Assembly (NCBI GenBank): GCA_020137815.1
Contig: CM035353.1
Coordinates: 2,542,001-2,606,000 of the forward strand
From: Hormiphora californensis
Lineage: Eukaryota > Animalia > Ctenophora
Reading direction: 5' to 3'
DNA: 64,000 nt
How positions within the stretch are numbered: the stretch's first letter is position 1; the number at the start of each line of letters is the position of its first letter. Under the pieces are notes generated by a model that saw only the letters and a list, made by a program, of their open reading frames with translations, had not been told where the DNA came from and made no database searches. A program made the position numbers and the translations under genes. Below, piece by piece: positions 55,941-64,000 of the stretch.

Positions 55941-56587
55941 CCTAAAAAACTGCTGGCTGCACTACTATAGGGAAAACATATATTATGTAAAATATATATA
56001 ATAAATATATCACTCGTAACATATTCTAGTAACCACAACAAAGATAATCCAAGAACGCAAAAATGTCAGCAACTGTTTTGGGCTAATGGGAACGGTGCAG
56101 AAGAAAACAAAATATTGGTAGGGAGAGAAAGAAACATAGATGGAGGTATAAAAGGAAAATAGAGAAAGACAATGCAGAGATAGAAACTCTCGAGCCATGG
56201 CCTAATTGAAAATCTAGAAGAGATTCCGCGATCAATGCCACCTTTCCCTGTTTTCTATCGGTTACGTGTTTGTCTAAATCTGATGATCAATGGTCTATAG
56301 ATCCACCGCCCAAAAGCTGTATTATTTGATCTGTCATGTTGGTAGACAAACTGATATATGTGAAGAGAGATGGAAGTAGAAATAAAGGGATGGGTTATAA
56401 GTGAACACTAATAGATGGCAGGGCCACTATATATACACTGTTGAAAGATTAAACAAACACTACCCAATTACAGTGGGGGTATAAGAGTACGTAAGACCCG
56501 GCCCAACTTTGCACAAAAAAGACGAAAGTTTTTCATTTCTAGATGGTTCGAATTCTGATTTCATGACTTAACAAATGTAAAGGAGGG

Positions 56588-56804
56588 GGTAGGCGGACTC
56601 TAGTGCTAACGGACTCTATATCTAAACCCAAGGAGGACTCTATATCTAACCCTAACCTAATTACACTAACCCCTAAACTCGAACCCAATTAACGGCCCTA
56701 ACACTTCTAAATGAATATAGAGGCACAGCAAACTCTCGTTTCCGGCCTAACGGCCGAAATCTCGAGTTCGCTTTTCGTGATTTTAGCACTAGAGTCCGCT
56801 TACC
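56588..56804. mobile_element. Mutator-like MITE with 9-bp TSD AAAGGAGGG
   Basis: TIRs GGTAGGCGGACTCTAGTGCTAA and TTAGCACTAGAGTCCGCTTACC, with internal CTAACCC-like repeats. Confidence 0.75.
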
Positions 56805-56927
56805 AAAGGAGGGTGGTTTGTTGAGACTGTTGGGCGACTTCTAACGTGAGCTCACAGATTCAATGACTATTTGACCTCTCAGATCCTACACTTAAAGCTA
56901 CCTGGGGCATTAACTGTAGACTAAATG

Positions 56928-56993
<66 letters not shown>

Positions 56994-57876
56994 TGTTTGG
57001 AGATCTAGTCGAATCTAGATCGAGAGGGGTTGAAAATGAGATCATGATGATGTAGACAGTGGGAGATCTTGAGTGAATTTATACGCCCAGAACTAGGAGT
57101 TACCCAATCGAAATAGCTGAGTAGGGTTGTAGGCAGAAACCGACCGACACAAGTAAGCAACCAATCAGAACTCGTTATTTAGGTCACGTGACTGGTTATC
57201 AGCCATTCAGGGACCAGAAGAAAAAACTGTAATACAGTTACTTTATAGCCTTTGAGAACCCAACCTTTGTCCTTTGTTGGGTCAAGCAAGGCAAGTTTAT
57301 AGTCCAGCTCAACCTATAAAACAGAGTGGTCCATAAATCATGAGCTGCCGGACTACCCTTTATTATATGCAACGCGTGAGATAGGTACCACCTGGAGTGC
57401 AGCTCCAAGACTTTAACCCTGCACCTTTAAACTGATTATGAAAATTTGGGGGATCAAATATATATATTTTTCATACAGGCCGAGAAAGATATAATAACTC
57501 AATTTAAGATAATGATTTTATTTGATAGCAGCTTTTACTCTTCATAGTTCCAATTCCAGGCAGTCCTCGCGAGAGAGTCTATATATGCATGTTTCTAAAG
57601 AGGCGGTTCACCAAAGCAAAAGACCAACAGGGATATGTTTTGTGGGATATATATTCTGTATCAAAGGATGAATTATGAAGCAGATTTGAATTTCAACTAC
57701 CACTGCAGTGAAATCAGCATCAGGCGAGCAATTGAGTTAGAAAAACGAATAATATATGGTTTGAATCTGGGAGAAAACTGCAGGGTGATTTGCAAACTAG
57801 ATGGCTCCACCAGCAGACGAGTTAAATAATCGTTGTCTCCCTCCCTCGCCCCCTCTTTCTCTATATCTCTCTTTCT

Positions 57877-58022
<146 letters not shown>

Positions 58023-58447
58023 CTCTCTCTCTCCCCTTCTTTCCATATCTCTCTACCTTTAAAATAAGCCCCGTACGGGCTAATGAGTGGTAAAACTTTT
58101 TTGATTAATTTAACAAAATTGTGCTGGTGGTGAGACGATGGTAGTAATCGATTTAAACAAGATGATAGGAAATTTATCGAGGGTACGTTCTTCGTCTGCA
58201 GCTTCTACAGCACCTGATATATAAATAGAGATGAGAATTATTGAGAGGTAGACTGCAGCTCAGAGGAGACATTGATATAGTGCGATGTAAACTAAAATAT
58301 CGATGATCGAAATTGCATGGCCCGCTTCAGAGAGATTTTCAGCTAATTCCAATGACTCCATCATTGATGATCATGTTATTATGTGGGGGTCTGGAGCCTA
58401 GCTGAAGATGCCTAATATTCTCTCCTGCCTTCCGAAATGTACTAGTT

Positions 58448-59378
58448 GGGTCGGTTGTGGGAAGTTGGGTCTGGAATTATAAATTTGACTTGCTGATATG
58501 TTTAGTGACTCTATAAAAACTCCAAAGCACCATCCCACAGGTCTCTACCACCCCCGGTTCACTAATTATCCGTAATTATGTGATTTATGACGTTATGGCC
58601 AATTAGCACTAATAATAGCAGTTCCTGGTCACATAAAGCTTAGATTTTGATACCAGATGATAGAGGATGACGAGATTAGTGGGCATACAAAATTTCAGGT
58701 CGATCGGAGTTATGGTCGAGGAGTTATAGCCGTTTTTCCGTTTGGCTGGCGGTTGGATGGCACCACGTGGGATTACGGGTTTAGGTCGTCGTAGGAGGTC
58801 GTGGTTGGTCGCATTCGATCGGGCTCGATGAGGTGATCAAAACCTGGTGGGGCCAGACCTTGGCCCCACCCCGTTCTAGGGTTATTGGGCTTTTTCGGTT
58901 TTGGCGGGAAAATATTTTGGCGGGAAACCGAAAAAGCCCAATAACCCCAGAACGGGGTGGGGCCAAGGTCTGGCCCCACTAGATTTTGATCACCTCATTG
59001 AGCCCGATCGAATGCGACCAACCACGACCTCCTACGACGACCTAAACCCGTAATCCCACGTGGTGCCAGCCAACCGCCAGCCAAACGGAAAAACGGCTAT
59101 AACTCCTCGACCATAACTCCGATCGACCTGAAATTTTGTATGTCCACTAATCTAGTCATCCTCTATCATCTGGTACCAAAATCTAAGCTTTAAGTGACCA
59201 GGAACTGCTATTATTAGTGCTAATTGGCCATAACGTCATAAATCACATAATTACGAATAATTAGTGAACCGGGGGTGGTAGAGACCTTTGGGATGGTGCT
59301 TTGGAGTTTTTATAGAGTCACTAAACATATCAGCAAGTCAAATTTATAATTCCAGACCCAACTTCCCACAACCGACCC
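58448..59378. mobile_element. ~930-bp foldback element (near-perfect palindrome)
   Basis: From GGGTCGGTTGTGGGAAGTTGGG to CCCAACTTCCCACAACCGACCC. Arms are ~460 bp with a tiny spacer near 58910. Confidence 0.85.
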
Positions 59379-61928
59379 TACTATACCCCAGAGTGGAAAT
59401 GGAAGACACAGTAGGTTGCAAGTAAATGTGGAGAGGGGCAAAGTATGATTTACAAAAGTATTTCTTTAAAGACACCGTTTCACAACTCAAATCTCACACA
59501 GAGAACACACGTGGTCAACCAATATTCGAGTATTTTGCAGGGCAGTGTGACAAAGATATAATTGGGGGTATCCTGGATAACCCAGATAGTCCGGATAACA
59601 TGTATTTTAAGAATAGCCTGGAGAACAATCCGGGACATCTCCAGGTAGTTTTCCGGGTTATACGAGTTATCTGGGCTTGATTACCGGAGTTTTCCGGCTC
59701 GGTATATGCTGGAATAGTATTCCTGAACGCTTATATTATCCGGGCTCTCCGAGTTATTTGGGTTATCCGGGATTATACATACCCCCTAATGCTTTCTCTC
59801 TTAATATTTTATCTTGCCTTGTTCGACCCTCCCTCCCCGCGCCCCGGGGTTTGAACAAAACAAATTTTATCATACTACAAACTAACGGCCAATTCTTTCT
59901 CTCACAAAATATCATATTCTCACTCTCACGATTTCTCTCGATCTCGCTCTTACTCTTACTCACACTCTCTCTCAGTCTAACTCTCGCTCTTCTATTAATC
60001 TTCGGGTAATAAAATACTAAAGGGTCTTCAAGATGTCGGCAACTAAATCATAACCCATAGAATTTAAAATACGATGATCAACTACAAAGAAGGGTGCTTT
60101 GAAAGCACTGCTTTCGTTTTCGTCTTAAGCGGCCAATAAACTCACAATCTCACAAACACGCTCATAATCTCACTCCAGTTAGGCAGCAATATGGTCCTTT
60201 CGAAGTTACCGCAAGGCTGGGACCTATAGTACTAATTTAGAGTTCAACCTCATTGACTGAAATATGGATTTTCTATCGGGGGGGGGGGGGGGGGTCCTTG
60301 TTCTTTATGAAAAGCTCTAAAGCCGGCCCAATCCTAATGTGAATCAAGGGAGTTTTGGCTATTCCCTTGGGCACGTCGCTGCCAAGTTATTGCCTCATCC
60401 CTGAACATGTTCCAGAAATTTCAGGGAATAGCTTTCGCTGAGCCATGAGTTCTGCAGGTCTCACTGGTAGCTATAGTATCATGACCTGAACCTGCGATTC
60501 ACGACTGTTTCCCCTTGTTGTAGGCCATGCAGTCTCTAACTTTAGGTTGGTATTCTCGGTTAGGCTAATAGCCTAGCAGGAACCGATCCCGACACAAGTA
60601 AACAACCAATCAGAACTCGTAATTTAGATCACGTGACTGGTTATCAGCCAATCAGGGACCAGTATTTCCTAATTTCCTTATTCGGTCGGTTCCTGGCTAA
60701 TAGGCTCGGTTGCCGTGGAGCTGATACAATTTGTTTATGAAATCCAAAAAATGGAGTGTGCCATTTGACTTGACTTAATTTATTGCTTTAATTCTTACAC
60801 AAAACATGCTTTTGTGAATTGTGAAAAGCTTTAAAATGCAGTTGGCACCGGATTGAAACCGTGCAATAGCTTTGATCTAGGCCGGGTTATTCATAGAAGA
60901 AGCTCGTTCAACAAGCTATATGTTAATGATAACATGCACATTACTGTATCAGTAGTATTTTATAGATAACTCATTTTTCCCATGAGTTATATATTCATTT
61001 TTCAGTAATTTTTTATTTATCTCTCAATTTAATGGAAACAGTATACCAATAAGTGATTATGAAGTTTCAGGCCGGGGTTTTGTCGTCGCTCGGACCGCTG
61101 CCGCATAAATTTTAACCAATCAGAGGGCAATTGTATTGTTGCATGGTCGAGTGATCAGAAGACAATGTTTTATTTAAAATGTGATCATCCATCCATATAA
61201 TTATATAAATGTAACTATACTGTAAATTCTTGTTCTTCAGCATGATCAACCGCATTACAACGGCCGCTCGAGTTTTAAAACATGTTTACTCTTGCACCCT
61301 AGCCTACTGCACAAACAATTGTTCCTTTCAGGAATTCAGTATGCATTCATTTGATACAGTAATCCGCATCCGGCATCTGATGAACCCATGACTAGTCGTA
61401 ATATATTTCATTCTTCACTCTCCATTATTTTTAATTCCCTTCTCTTTTGCTTTTATTTCGGTTAAATAAGGCTTTATATTGAGCACGTCTTGTTCTTATA
61501 ATGAGTTATATGTCCTAGCTGTCAGGTGGCATTTGAAAGTGCTTGAATGAATGCGTAAGTGTATACATCATGTACTGTGTCCCCGGGGCCTATCTTCACT
61601 TCTCCCCCATGCGACGTGTTGTGGCAGCTGCGTGCTTTTGAATGGGATATATACATTGCCGTTATGTCAAAACAATTGCTTGTACATTTTGAAATTAATT
61701 TCACCTAATATTTTAGTCATCATGGTAGCGGAAACCTGCTTGCTGGACAGAATTTTAGCCAAACGACAGCCGTCCAAAATTGTTACGGGCCTAAAAGATC
61801 CAGGCAAGTTTTGAACATCACAACATTTCTAAAAAGGGTATATGTATAATATTCTATAATATAAATCTATAATCTATATATGCACGTTTGATATTCATCT
61901 ACATTGTCTAATTCCCACAGGTATCACC

Positions 61929-63021
61929 ATGAATACCGACCATGTACGACCTCGTAGCAGCTGTAGCAGCAACTCCAGTAGTAGCAGGTCAAAACTAATG
62001 TACCGCAAGCTTACGGAGCAGCTCATCCTCCAGAGACCAATCAGCACTGATCCAGGCAGTCATCAGACTGTCAAACTGTTCAATTTTGTAAGGTAAGAAT
62101 TGCGGATATATCGAGGCTGCGTGCTTGGTGTAATTGATATAATATAGTTCTCAATACAGGTTGAGCTTGTGAAATTTTTAACACATGGTCCATTGGTACT
62201 ACTGATGCAGACAGAGCTAGTGTGTAAAACACATGCTTGATGTGAACTAGCATGCCGTGACCCTGGCTTATATTATATAGTCTACATGTCGCAGCTACAG
62301 ATATTATTATAGTATTCACTTCAATTCACTTGTTCCAATGACCTGTGATCATGATATCATGATATGATTTAGCCTTTATTGGTACATAATTCTGTATTGG
62401 AAAACGGCAGTTATTTTTGCTGGATGTATGACAATATATTGTGTTTATATCATTTTCGCCTTGTTGTTACTCAACAACTTTCGCCGGTATATCACCGGTA
62501 TATCACCTACCTATAATAATACTCCTAGGAACCAGGAACCGACCGAATCAGGAAATACTGGTCCCTAATAGGCTGAAAACCAGTCACGTGACCTAAATAA
62601 CGAGTTCTGATTGGTTGTTTACTAGTGTCGGTCGGTTCCTGCTAAGAGCTCTTCATAAACTTTTGGTCGCTCAAACATCTCTTATTATTTTCAGGGATGT
62701 AACAGGTCTTCAAACCAGACCGGACAGGGTCAGCCACTATTCACACAGTAATAACAGTACCACCCTAAATACTCCGCAAAAAATAGTCGGTAAGTATAAT
62801 ACTTCATGTACATAACACCATTTTACTCATTCACATGATGCTCATTTGATTGTTTTTTAACTTTTTAACTGCTCATGATTTTCTGATGAGATATAATATA
62901 CTTTAGGATTTAGCTTGGTAACGAAGGGCTGGAGAGTCAAGTCAGGGGAGCGGTCACGCCTCAAACGTGGGTCAAGTAATGTTAGTGATCAGGGTAGCTG
63001 CGGATCTGCACACTCTGCCAG
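61929..63021 (+). CDS. First coding exons of an unidentified Ser-rich protein gene (probably continues beyond the identified exons)
   Basis: Phase-consistent GT-AG exons: 61929-62092 (MNTDHVRPRSSCSSNSSSSRSKLMYRK...), 62695-62789 and 62907-63021. No recognisable domain. Confidence 0.5.
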
Positions 63022-64000
63022 GTACTAATATTACTAATATTACTAATACATATCTGCTATAGCAGATCAGAGAGAGAGACGAGAGAGAGGGGGATTGTGT
63101 CTGATATACAGAACGTATAGAACTACATTCAGGCCGGAGAAATGGTAGGGAATAAGAACAGCAAACTCACACATCACACATATCTTTTGTGTGCTTTATT
63201 TGGTTACGAAATATCCCCTTCGCGCGCTGGCAAGGGAGGGATAACTTCGTTTCCAAGTTCTTTATGGTGGTCCGTGTTATCACATATGTACATGTTCGTG
63301 TGCAGTACCTGAAGACGTTTTCAGAAACTTCTGTTTGCATTATCATGCACCAACCTTTATTTAGAACATAGTAAATTTTAATTTTAATTTATTTTACTAT
63401 GTATCGTATGTATTAAATATTAATACACTAATTACATGAAATTTATTTATGGTTCTGCTATTTGTTTTTAGGCACTACTAAGCTGTGACTCTTTTTATCC
63501 AATCGTCTGACAAAAGAGCAGTGACAGTTTATTATGCCTGTTTTTATATACCCATATAATCTAAATATATCAGTCATCGGAAGCTAATTATCTAATTACA
63601 AATCGTGTGAGAATGTGGCCCTTCACGATGCACCCAGCCGCACGTTCCAGTGTTATTCAAGCTGTCAACCACACACACACATATGATTACTTTGTGTTTT
63701 GCTCGCTTGCTCTCTCTTTTCCTATGACGGCCAAAGCTTGGGGTAGTTTTAGGGCTCCCGTTGCCCAATTCAGTACATCTTCCGCAGAGGCAATTACCAG
63801 ACAATTACCAGGCAATTACCAGGCAATTAACAGCTCCTTTTTACCGAAGATAACGGGACCATTTGGAAACTCCCAATCTCCGCTGATTAACAAAGGTATA
63901 CACATACAATATAGATAACGGCCGGGTCAGTTATCTGATCGCTGAATTATACTCCACGGTCATGGTCACTGCTGCACGTGTCATTGATCGTTATATAGTC

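Noticed and set aside
57635-57829. Weak cyclin-box-like peptide (IELEKRIIYGLNL)
   Set aside because: Too short, with an upstream stop and no supporting exons.

Overview
Repeat-rich animal genomic DNA with GT-AG spliced genes. A ctenophore-like invertebrate origin is my inference from repeat and intron style only and is unverified. Main contents: (1) a complete 17-exon DNAI7/CASC1 axonemal dynein intermediate chain gene (+, 2996-18553), whose 8.3-kb intron 2 holds a near full-length antisense CR1/L2-group LINE and a Helitron; (2) a 5'-truncated second copy of that LINE (23440-25594); (3) many MITE and foldback families with readable TSDs (hAT 8 bp, Mutator-like 9 bp, Chapaev-like 4 bp, Harbinger TAA); (4) a tandemly duplicated ~3.6-3.9 kb cassette (~39.1-46.3 kb). 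Each unit carries a small secreted His/Arg-rich single-domain beta/gamma-crystallin gene whose TATA-containing upstream region is one arm of a 1.6-1.8 kb spacer-less palindrome centred on a 33-bp satellite, and the unit ends in a Helitron terminus; (5) a secreted Ig-follistatin/Kazal-VWD-Cys-rich protein gene (-, 55940-49618); (6) the start of an unidentified spliced gene (+, from ~61929). The most notable signals are the crystallin/palindrome cassette and a candidate programmed -1 frameshift linking LINE ORF1 to an ATG-less ORF2. The interval ~30.7-34.9 kb and the noisy (CCAGCG)n tracts look like low-quality consensus.
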